Source: Lama guanicoe (lineage: Eukaryota). Taken from it: DNA of 64,000 bases. This document shows, piece by piece, positions 1-11,305 of the stretch. A program made the translations under genes and the position numbers. The stretch's first letter is position 1. Each line of letters begins with the position of its first letter. The stretch covers positions 6,575,693-6,639,692 of the forward strand of contig MU055549.1 of NCBI GenBank assembly GCA_013239625.1, read 5' to 3'. Under the pieces are notes generated by a model. It was given only the letters and a program-made list of their open reading frames with translations, searched no databases and had not been told where the DNA came from.

Positions 1-2273
1 AAGCTAACTGCACTCGGTGAATCCTCGTGTCAGCAGCCCTGTGGGGTTGTGAGCTCGGCCGACATGCAGTTTGTGGATTTCCGTGTGGGTTCCGATGATG
101 GCTTGGCCTTCCTGGAAGGATCAGACACCAGGGTCAAAGAACATTCCGGACTGTCGCTGGTGGCAGGGAGAGTGGCTTTTCATGTGCACTTTGTTGGAGC
201 TAACATAAGACCCAGGTTCCTCCCAGCAGCTGATCTCGAGGTGTTCTCTGAAGCCGCCACTTGATTGATCCACAGTTTGTGTCCGTGACACTGGGGACAG
301 CTTGATGCGTTTCCAGTGGCGAACATTTCATCGCCACTCAGAACTGCCTTCATGTCCTCAGAGCATTTCATGTTGCACATGAAACAGTTGTGGTACCTGT
401 GGGGGTGGCTAAGACAATCATTAGAGAAGAGTCTGCTCACTCAGTAGTAAAACCAGCGAGGTAGGGGAGCTTGTGAAACTAAAACCCGAAGTATGCAAAA
501 CACGGCCAGGAAAGAAGAAAAGAACAAAACCAGCTTTGAGCCAAGTGACCAAACCAGAACGATTTCATTCTTCTTCCTGTGATCTTGACCACAAACCGGG
601 GCTACATCCCACTTCCTCACTGCGTGGGCAGGGAGGGATGAGAGTGACAGAGGGACAAATTGGAGTCAGGAATGGGAAAAAGCAACAGCCTGGATACGAA
701 GAACCTCTCTGATTTTTGGGAAACCAACCTCTGATTTTTGTTTCATGGTCTCCTTAAGAATAAGATTCTAAAATGGATTCAGAGCCTCCACTCTGAATGT
801 AAAGAACAAACACAAAACAAAGCACGTGTATATACTAGGCTGTGACGCTGGCGTTTTTTAATGTAACTGGATTCTTGAGTTTAAGTCGGGGTACTTTTCT
901 CTCGAGAGTTAGGGCTTTGAAGGAGGATCGGTGGGCCTTGCAGGGTTCTCTGTGAGAACTCTGCCCTCACGCCTGCCCCCAGAGTTGTTTTTCTCTCCGA
1001 AGGCCTGACGTTAGGGAGTTCAGACGTCTTTGCCTGTTCCACTGATTGTGGAAACGGGAAAGCAATGTACATGTTTCTGCCTGGCCTGATTCAAATTAGA
1101 AAAAGACGAACCCGTTGCTGTCCAAATAGGGTGGAATTTGGGTGAGGAAAACAGTGGTAATAGCCCACGAAGTGGTGAGGGTACCCAGGCTCCAGGCAAG
1201 TGACTGGAGCTGGAACAAAGTGTCTTTCGCCCTTGAAGAGCCTGGTGCTGCTATGATTTGGTTTCCACAGAGTTGGTCTCCACCTAATTGTCTGCTGCAC
1301 CATCCATATAAGCTATTTATAGATTTATTGCCCCAGCTGAAAATAAAAAAGCAATCGGCAATGATTTATTTCCCTGCATTTTAAATACCTGGGTTCCTAC
1401 GGCTGGGTGGAGTTAGGTAATGAAATCGCGATGGGTCCTAAAGGCTAGGGTGCCACGGTTTCAGGGTGTCAGAGGGCAGCACCCCCTGGGAGGGGGTGGA
1501 GGGCGATTCTGGTGCAGGGAGACACCCTGGGCCCCCACCCCAGGCCTGGGCTGGGAAGACTTTGTCCTTCCAGACACCCTCCGGCTGCGAGAACCTGTCA
1601 CACAGCTGCAGAGGAATGGTGCCTGCTTATTGCTTTTGTTTACTTTGGAAGTTTGTCCTGCGTGAACGAATTTGCAGAACTTTCATTCCCAGTAAAGCTG
1701 TCACTGATACAAAACACAGCAATAACTCAGGTGATGTAGTTAAACCACTATTGAGTTTGTGCCATCCGTGAGTTGATAAATCGTAGCGCTTCATTTGGTA
1801 GGAATCAGCAATTTTATGTGGCAATTAATTTTTACTACTGGCGGGGAGCCAAGGGCCTAGATTTCCCCCCGGTTTTGTGTATGTTAAGAGGAACTTAGCA
1901 GTGTTGCCTCAGTGAGAAAGGACTCCATTTGAGGCCTGCTAAGGAAGCCACCCTCAACGTCAAGTTCCTGGTGTGGCCACAGCCAGGCTCCTCCTTGGGA
2001 TGTGATGGGCCCCATGACATACGTGTGACACTCGTGCAAGTGGCTTACTGATGAGCAAATAATATGACTTTCTGAAGTATGATGTTCCTACCCACTAGCT
2101 TGCCTTCCACACCAGTTCCACATCAGAAATAAAGATGTGCTTGGAGTAACACATAATTAGCTTTCCAGATCTCTTCCAAAGGAGAAGGATGATGTGATAA
2201 TTTGCTCATTGTTCTCTCTTGGTTCAGCCAGTATTGGCCGTTCAGTGCAGGCTGAGTTCGGGGGAGTGAAAAT

Positions 2274-2317
2274 CCACGTGGAAGCTGATGCCCACGTGGA
2301 AGCTGATGCCCACGTGG
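2274..2317. repeat. Perfect 18-bp tandem repeat (CCACGTGGAAGCTGATGC x2.4)
   Basis: Units at 2274-2291 and 2292-2309, partial unit at 2310-2317. Confidence 0.95.
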
Positions 2318-2484
2318 GGTGCTCAGCCTTGCGGCGGGAGGCTTCCTTCGCGCCAAGCTCCTGTCCTGCAGGGGCCAAATGGCCCGCTCTCTGGAGCCCA
2401 GAACTATCATCCCAGCACAGCTATCTGTCCACTGTGCCGCTCTGAGGGCCACCTGGAAAATGCAAGGCGCTTAATATTCCTTAT

Positions 2485-2625
2485 TACTAATAACACAATA
2501 GCGGGGCTGCCTTCATCAAGCTCCACTGTGCGCTGAGAGCTGGCTTCTGCTGTCCATAGTCCCCGCAGCAGCTCTGCAAAGTAGGTGACGCTGTCCGCGT
2601 TTTACAGATGGAGAACTTCAAATAT
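2485..2625 (-). mobile_element. MIR SINE fragment (degenerate)
   Basis: ...gcaaagtaggtg...ttttacagatggagaact resembles the antisense MIR core. Confidence 0.5.
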
Positions 2626-2639
2626 ATAGAAGTGGAGAA

Positions 2640-2870
2640 AATTGCGTTCTGAATACTCATGTCCCCATCAGCCAGCCTGGGCGGTTAGCAACCGATGGCC
2701 AGTCTCATTTCACACAACCCCCCCATCCCACCAGGTCATTTTAAAGCAGATCGTCACCGTCGCTTTCTTGCAACAATAAATGTTTCAGTTTATATTCCTA
2801 AAAGATAAGAGCTCCTTCATTTAAAAACATAGCAATAATAGCATTATGGCGCCTAAAGAAAAGTGAACGG
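2640..2870 (-). mobile_element. Old L1 (L1MC-like) 3' fragment
   Basis: Resembles L1MC 3' end by eye (aataaatgtttcagtttatattcctaaaagataag...aaacatagcaataatagcattat). Confidence 0.4.
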
Positions 2871-3029
2871 TTTGTGACCTTGATGAACCGCTTCTGTGCC
2901 CCCTCCCCTTTCTTGTTCAAGGCCACCTTCTAATTATCCAGAGTGTGGAGGGGTGTGGACTGCAGGCCTCAGCTGCCCCCTGGTCCGGCCCTTTGAAAGC
3001 ACTAACAGAGGTGCACGTGGGTTTTTGCC

Positions 3030-3195
3030 CAGTTACAGGGTCCAGCTGTGCCTCTTGAGCAAAGTCGTTTTCTGCTCTGGGCCTCAGCCTTGTCATTTAA
3101 AATAATGCTGATAATATACTTATTTCCTAAGACTGTTGGGAAGAATGAGTTAATACATGCAGAGCACTAAGAACAGCGCCCAGGACTTGGGGACG
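3030..3195 (+). mobile_element. MIR SINE fragment
   Basis: tctgggcctcagccttgtcatttaaaataatgctgataata...gttaatacatgcagagcactaagaacagcgcc, typical MIR core and 3' part. Confidence 0.65.
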
Positions 3196-6100
3196 TTGTC
3201 ACTGCCACAGCTGCTGCTCCCAGCGATGCTGTTAACACTTACAGGAGCCACGAGGGGCCTGTGACCTGTGGGGTGAGCAGGGGTCCAGGTGGGCCAGCCC
3301 TAGCTCCTCCTGCAGTACCAGCCACTGCCGCTGGCTTGGGGGTGTCTTTTCTAGACCCTATTGTCCTCCCTGTGGCCCTGTCACCGGGAGGCTGAGTCCC
3401 AAGCCTTCCCCAGTAAGGACTAGGGTGTATCTCCACCAGCAGAGATGAAGAGAATTGGTGTTCCATTTCAAACAGCGGCTGTGCCTGGGAGCTAGAAGGA
3501 GAGGGAACTTTCCCCAGCTGCTGGGGGTGGCACCTGAAGCAGAAACCACCCCCCAAGGGACAGGTAGGGGCCCCACACACCCTCCTGTCCAGAGCCAGAG
3601 TGTTTTCCCTGATCCGGAGTGTCTGGTCAGACGGTTCCACCAGAGGGGGCAGTTCCCCTGGAAGTGCCACCAGGAAGTATTTTTACAGTGCTCGGCTGTC
3701 CTAGCAGACAAAAATAAGATGTTTGCTTTAGCAATTTGCTTAGTTCTGAAAACATTCCTAGACAATGCCAAGGCCTCAGTTGAAAATACTGTGCTCGGCT
3801 TGTTGGGAAGGATGTTTTGAGTGAAAATAAAATGGCACATACCGGGGCTGTTTGCCTCCGTGGGAATCCCATGAGAGTTCAGAATTCTAAGGACCTTAGG
3901 GAGCCTGGATCCAATAGGGGTTGGTTGTGGGGTTGCCTTTGGGCACACCTCTGGGGCAGGCTGGAAGATTCTAGAACATGGGAAAACATCTACAGGTGTG
4001 AGACTGAATGTCACACACACACACCCTTCACCTTAGCATCCCTGCCCCATTGCTCAAGGGGGTCACAGTCCTGGACTAGACTGCATGCTCCCTCGGTTGT
4101 GGGGGGAGGGGAGCATCTGTTCAAGGGAGTGTGGTTCACATCCAGGGGTCAGCCTTTCCTTAACTGTGAGAAACTTCTTTATCCATCAGAAATCTCTTGC
4201 CTTCCTTGCCCTCCTTGGTCACGGTTCTGCCCACACAGGATACATTCAATTCCTCTTCTGCATGGCTGCCCTGCACATAATTGGAGGCAGAGAGCACAGC
4301 TCCAGAACTTTCCCTTCCGGGGTCTAAATGCTCTTTCCACAGCAGACTTTCCAGCTGGTCGCTTGCTCAGAACCGGTGTTGCAGGTGGACTGTGACACAC
4401 ACAGGAGGGGTGCAGAATATCACAGCCAGGGGTGGCAGGTAAGAAAATTGCATTTCCATTTAAAGGCCACTTGTGACCTTTAAAAAAAAAAAGGACTTGA
4501 ACTCAGATCATTTCGAATGACTTATTTAATGACCTTTGTCTCAGAGAAGGCATTGAATAGGGTGCTGTGCCGGTCCCTTTTGTAAACGTGTGAAGGCAGA
4601 GTAGCCAGAGCGGCTCCAGAGGACTGGTTTTCCTTTGTGGATTCCCTTGGCAAGATTTCGGGGGTATAAAAATAGCACACGAGACCTTAAAATAAATGGC
4701 TGCGTAGAATGCTTGTGTGCATCAGCTGCCTGCTGTCACATATGTTCACTTTCTCCATACTGTTCAGTCTCCAGAAGAGTGACTTGGATAAGCGGTTCGC
4801 AGGGCAGCTCTTCAGTTACAGGGACGAGGCCTCCCCACCTTCAGCCCCTGCTGAGCAAGGACCCCAGGGTGGGGCTGAGGCAGTGGGGCATGTTCAGGGG
4901 GTGACAGCCTTGGGGGTAACGTGAGGCCTGGGTGAGCCCCTTTGGATCCTGAGCCCCATTTCATCCTAAGTGTCTCCCCAGAAGAGCAGCAGAGTCAGGA
5001 CCCCCCCCCCAACCCGGGCTCCCAGATGCACCCATTCCTGGTTCTCCAGCCCTCGGGCTCCTGATGAGCCCAAGTGGCTGGCAAATTCCCTGACCCACAG
5101 AATCCTCTCCCCAGCTGGTAGGGCAGGAAGTCAGAGAGGAGGGCACTTCCAGGGTTCATGCCAGCGTTTGTGCCCTCGGGCCATGTTTAAAAAAAATCCT
5201 TATGGCCAGTTGGCTGGAACAGCATGCTGGCCTCAGGCCGCAGCCCTTATGAGGGTCCAGGACTTCTGTGAATCAGTGGGTCAATGGTGGCAAGTCTTGG
5301 GTCCAAATTAAATTGTATCCAAATCACATTGTTTTTCAAAGTTGTATATTTCTCTTCCCCCCATTTTTCACTACAATTATCCACATATGTGAGGCTGAAT
5401 TTTAAATTCTCATTTCTTACATGAAGCTGTGTGTGTGCCTCTTACTCTTCATGGAGCAGCAGTAAGCCAACAAAACCCACCAGAATCCCAAAACAAGTGG
5501 CACTTTCTACTTAAACCTGGACTTTAAAAAAAAAATTTCCCTTCGGGTTAGCACTGTGGAAAAAAGTTACTTAATGCAATACATCAGGAAGTTTTTATAG
5601 GACTGTAATGGGCGGAAACCTTTTTCTGCCTTCAGTGGTGGTGAAGAAACATTTTGAAGGTCACAGAAGACCCCTGGACCCTGGGTTTGATGGTGCTGAT
5701 GGCTCTAAGAATCTGGCTGACTTGATTCTGGGGTCATTCTGTCAGCATTGGGCAGTTTCACATTTTAACAAGGATGTGACTGATAACCTGCTCTCGCCAT
5801 GCTGTGTTCAGTAAGGAAAGGTAGGACTCTGGGCGAGGAGTGGAGTTGGCTGTCGTGGGTCAGGGATGACAGTCGGGCAGCATCTTGTGGCCACAGCAGT
5901 CCGTGTACGAATGCGGGTTTTGCTTCACTCGGGGAGAGCTTTGTCCACTGAAGAACCTTCAGTGCGTTTCTTTGGAAGTTTTCTCTAGCCCATGCTCTTG
6001 AAAGTGGGTACCTTCGGAAAGAATGGAAACTGTAAGAGCCTGACTTCTTTCCTGCCTGGTCTGGAGGAAGAGAGAGGTTCGTTCTTAGATGTGGATGAAG

Positions 6101-9100
6101 CCAGGTACCCCTTTTGCGCACTGCACGCGGGTTAAGCTCAGGCAGTAGAGTTCCTGTGCAGCAGTCGGGGCTTCTGTGTAACCCAGCTCTGTGGCTGTCT
6201 GTAAAGAACACAGAGAGCACTAATTCAGGAGGGCCTCCCCATTTTGTGTGAATGTGATGAGAAGCCTGAAACAGGCCCACAGCTCATGAAAAGCACCAGG
6301 CCCAGTTCCTGCAGCGGCTGTGCTGGGGGGCGGCCCCTCCCGAGACCCTCCTCGGGGCTTGTGCGCAGGAAGCGGCTGGCCAGCCCCAGCCCTGTGCCCC
6401 GTGTCCGGGTAACAAAGGCCAGGCCGGCCGGTCACCCGAGGGAACAGGACAGGGGCCTGAGGGGGACTAGCGGGTACTTGGATCTGGACAGATCAGGCCA
6501 AGAGGCTCTGGAGGCTGGGGTTTTGTCAACAAATGAACTTGGCCCTATTTTAAGCTATGTTATGTACCAGGACTTCCTGTTTTTCCAAAGAAACCTCTTG
6601 TTTTGGTTTTTGCGCTGATGGATTTATTGAAGCATTTTGCTATTCAACCAACCCACGTTGTTTTCTAGCCAAAAAGTAAAACTGGAGATTTTGTAAGAAC
6701 CTCATCCCCTAAAGGTTATACTGCTCCTTCAGGAATATTTTAGCCTCAGTGGCTGATCAGGGAGTGAACAAAGAGCTGATTGCCAGCCAGGGTCCTAGCC
6801 GACTTCATGGCTCAGAGGCCGGCCTCTTGTTTAGAGAGGGGCGGGCTGGTCAGAGGACAATTGAAAGGGGTTTTTGTTGTTCCTCTGGGCTAAGTTAAGC
6901 CATGTGTCTCTTTCTAGGAGTGTCGGTCGGGCCAATCAGAGCCACGTAAGCCCCACTCACTTCCTGCCGACCTTTCGACACCGACAGATGTTTTTTCTTA
7001 TGAGTGTCATTAGGCCGCTCTGCGCGCTGACCTCTTCAGATTGCACTGAGGCCATTTTCATAAGTTTTGTTTCTAGAAACCCATTTAACCCTTGCTGAGC
7101 CCCCTCTGAGCATAAGAACACTCTGCTGCCTCCTGTTTCAGCAGCGTCTCTCTTCTGCCCCGGGAGCTGGCCGGGGAAGCTGGGCCCAGCCAGGGTCCTG
7201 CAGCCCCGGGTCCATCCAGAGAAAGGTGTGACGGAGACCCGCTAACCAAGAAGGCAGTGGAGGACCAGTGTGTGGCTGTGAGGGAACCTTCCAGAATCTG
7301 CAGGCATCGCAGGTGCATCTGTGCTGGGGTCACAGCTCGTCAAACTTCGGGGGCCATGGCTGTGACTGGGAGGTGGGTCACTGCGGTGTGCCTCACCACG
7401 CCTGGGACTGAGCGAGCTGGATGACCCAAGCCTGTGGACGTTTCTGTAGTGACATCTCTTGTGCAAGAGCTCAGACCACCATCTGACCAGAGGCTGGATC
7501 TGTTCTGGGAACAGGAAGATGGGGTCAGTATTTCAGCTTTTACATGAAACTAACACACAGAGTGTAGTTTGGAGTCTAGCAAATTCTGGGAGGGAAGGGG
7601 TTCTGAGCTGGCATCCCTCACTTCTTCAGACTCTGGTTTGTGACTTGATCTTAGAGGATCTGGGCTTCCTCTGGGCTGTCCCTTCTGAAAGTGACTGGGA
7701 TGGGGGTTGCACCTCTGCCCTGTGAGCACCTGGGATGTTGGGGACTCGCCCAAAGCCTCACCCAGAGCAGGTGTGGTAACTGAGATGGGTAATTGTGCTG
7801 GGTGTGTTCTCTGCAGAGTAGACGCCTTAGTTACTGCATTCAACGCGGCAGAATGTGTTTTCAGGATATTGTGTACGTGTTGGGTGAGTCAGCGCTCGGA
7901 AAGCACTCAGAGCAGTGCCCGCCACACTTTCAGTAAGTGTGAGCTGTTGTTAACGTGATACGCGTGGGTGAAAACCACTGCAGCCGTCCAGGACTGCAGG
8001 GGGAGCCCCCCACCCCCACCCCCAGTCGTCCCTCTCCTCAGAGGAGCCCTCAGTACCTTTCTGTCTGGACGTTGTTTTCTAAATGAGTTTACAGATCAGC
8101 TTTTCTTTGTTTTGCTGATTGGTCTCTTGCTTCTGTGGCTTTTCTCCCTCAGGTCCAGGAGCTCCCCCTGGGAGGGGGTGGACGTGTTAGGTGTACTTCA
8201 GGGGCTGGGTTGTGGCTAAATGAGATGTAGCCATCGCTTTTTCTGCCTGGCTGGTGTGCCTCCAACTGGCTCCTGGGCTTCCAAAGTTTTGTACCAATAA
8301 CACTCTGCACAACAGCCGGGGGTGACCTGGGAGTTGTAGGATGAGCAAAAATACGTGCTAGGAGTTGAGTCTCGGGCTCTCTAGCTGAGGATTTGGTAAC
8401 CTAGTCTCAGAAATGCCATGGTTGCAAGAAACTGCCAAGGGCCACATGAACATGCATGGACAGGTGTGTGCGTGCATGCGCACCCACAGCTACACTCCGC
8501 GCCTTTTCTGCCCCTTGGGTTCTGGGCAGGCTTGCTGGTATCGCAGGCGCCCCACTGTCCTTTCACATTGCAGGGATGGGGGCTGCATTTAGACTCTGAA
8601 ACTCTTCCCAGAGTGTCTTTCACGTTGCCTGCATCCTTTTCCCTCTATTCAGAGCGCTCAACTTTAATAGTTGCAGTTCAAGGACCTCTTCTAAGAATGA
8701 GAAAGCAAGAGGGCCTGTTTATCCAGTGCATCACCATGCACAGGGTGGCCTCGAAGGCTGCATTCTTAATGCGGGGCCCCACTTCTGATAGATCTTCTTA
8801 ATGTCTTAGATTTATGGGTCTGCGTGAGTCAGAGTGGAGACCCCAGGGTGCCCTAGTTAACTCTGTGCGCGGTGAGCACAGCGCTGGAATTTATTGAAGC
8901 ATCTGGGGTGAGTGAAAACCCCGGCAGAGTCTCCGTTCTCCAGGCCTGTGGCATTGGTGCCGTGCAGAGAATGGAGTTTAGCCCCAAGTTTACGCAGCTG
9001 GACATAGCACAGGCAGACCGCCTGTCAGCCTGGGCAGCTGAGGATTTATAGCATTTCGGTAGCTTTTTGTTGGCATTCTCCATCCTGTAGGTAATAGAAC

Positions 9101-9195
9101 CTTGGAGCCAGTGCAGTACAAATGTATTATTTTTGTCTTTCCTGTTGAACTGACTATTGGTGACCATAGTAAATTCGGTAGATTGGCTGAAGCGT

Positions 9196-9670
9196 TGTAT
9201 TAGTTGTCTCTTGTTGTGACGGACACACCACCTCAAAACTTAGAGTCTTAAAACAGCATAATTCACCTTGCGGTTTACTTGGGTCAGGCATCCAGCACAG
9301 CTCAGCTGGGGGCCCTGGCCGGTGTCTCTCGTGATGTTGCTGTCAGGATGGCCGCCCGAGTTGCCACCTCATCCGAAGGCTGGACCTGGGGAGGCCACGT
9401 GGTTGTTGGCATGACTCGGTTGGTTCCTCAATAGCTGTTGACCAGAGGCCACCCTCAGTTCTTCAGGCTGCTCCACAAAGCAGCTCACGACACGGCAGCT
9501 GGCTTCCAGAGACAGAGACAGAGGGTGCCCAAGACTGAAAGCCACAGTTTAATCTTGGCAATGACATCCCCTGCACCTGCCTGTTGTTAGAATCAAGTCT
9601 GTTTGTCAGAAGCAGGGATTACTTACACAGGACACAGATTCCGGGAGGTGGGGCTCACTGGGGGCCAGGT
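9196..9670 (-). mobile_element. MaLR solo LTR (MLT1-type)
   Basis: tgtattagtt...accacctcaaaacttagagtcttaaaaca...cagctggcttcc...ggctcactgggggcca, recognisable MLT1 pattern. Confidence 0.65.
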
Positions 9671-10929
9671 GTGTTGATTCTTTTTCTGGCTTCCATGGCA
9701 AGGATGGACTTCCCCCATGCAGAGGGGGGGCAGGTCATAGGCCTCTTAGGAAGGGTCATGGCTCTGAAAATCCTCCATGGACCCTCGACAACTCAAGCCC
9801 CCTCCCCACTGTTCCTTAGGCATGCCCACTGTGAGCGCCCTCGTGCCATCAGTAGGGTGCTGTGGAGAGAGAGCTGACATGTCGTGGGGTTCTGGGTCTG
9901 GGCATCCCCTGCAGATAGAAGCTGGATGCAACATACTGTCCCTGCCGCCTTTGCCAAGAGTCCTGTGCGGCTTCCCTTCCTGGGCTGGGTCATTGTTCCT
10001 CGTGGTGCTGGACATCAGGGCTGGGCATCACCGGCGCCCCCGCCCCGCAGATGGAGGCCCCTGGATAGCATGCTGTGGTGTGGGTACACATACACAGTCA
10101 GAGATGGCTTCTGCTCCGAATTTCCCGGGAACTCTGGAGTGTGGAGAGAGGTGCAGGCTGCTCCAGCACTGTCTTAATGGAGGTGATCGGAGTCACAGTC
10201 TCCAGCCTGAGCCCCGGATCCTTGGCTCTGGGGCAAAAACACATCTCATCACTGTGTACAAAATCCAGATCCCAGGGCCTGGGCCTCGGTACAGTTACCA
10301 CTCAGACCTGGTGTTTAAGGCACAGCCTAGTCTTCTGTTTGCTGTCACCCCAAGGGGAATCCACACGGGATTCCTGAGCTGATTCCCACCTCCTTGGAAG
10401 TGAAGTCTGCCAGCGCGTGATGGAGGAAAAGGAACACGGCAGTGTGGGACCACCCTCCCATCCCCCACGCCCCGCGTCAGGGTGTGGGCGTCTGCCTGTT
10501 GTTAACAGAGGACACAGTGGCAGGACACAGTTGAAAGCAAAGTAAGGTTAGGACAGTTTTCTTCGTATTTCTCCCCTGAAAACGCAGGTCTCTGTCTTTC
10601 AGGAGGTTGCTCCTCATGAGTTGGCGCCGTTTGGCTGGGGGCCCACGGCTCCTTCCTTCTGCACCAGGCCCGGTTCTGCTCGCCCTGCACAGCAGCCCCC
10701 GGGGCATGTCTGTGTCTGCTGCGTTTTGGGGCACGTGGCTGGACGCAGTTTGACTTGGCTCTGTGATGAAGCCAGGACTCGTGACGAATCACACCCCGTG
10801 GAGGCCACCCCTTCACCACATCCCGGCTTCCTGGCAAGATGGTCCTGAGCTTCCCTGAGAATCATGGTGGAAGATCCCGGGGGGTTTCTTGGGGTGGTCC
10901 TCCCCAGTATCTCCAGCAGGCATGGCAGG

Positions 10930-11305
10930 TCTGCCTGGGCCACCGGCTCGGTGGTTTTATACAATGGAAGTGTATTGTCACACGATCCTGGAGGGCAGAA
11001 GCCTGCGACCAGCGTGCCAGGCTTGGTTCCTTCTGAGACCCGCGAGGGAAGGCTCTGTTCGAGGTTTCTCTGGGCTTGTTGATGGCCGTCTTCTCCTTGT
11101 GCCTTCATGTGGTCTTCCACCCGAACCTGTGTCCAAAGTTCCCTTTTTAATGAGGACTGTCTCATACTGGATTAGGGCCCACCCATATGACCTCAGTTTA
11201 ACTTGATTATCTCTGTAAAGACTCTCTCTCCAAATAAGGTCACCGAGGTGTTGGGGCCTAGGACTTCATCATAAATGGGGCGGGGGCATAAGTCTGTCCA
11301 TAACA
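10930..11305 (-). mobile_element. MaLR solo LTR (MLT1A/B-type)
   Basis: tcctggagggcagaagcc...ttggttccttctgag...ggattagggcccaccc..atgacctca..taacttgattatctctgtaaagac...ccataaca. Confidence 0.75.

Noticed and set aside
2274-2317. Direct repeats considered as CRISPR-like
   Set aside because: Eukaryotic intron with identical contiguous units and no unique spacers; a simple tandem duplication.
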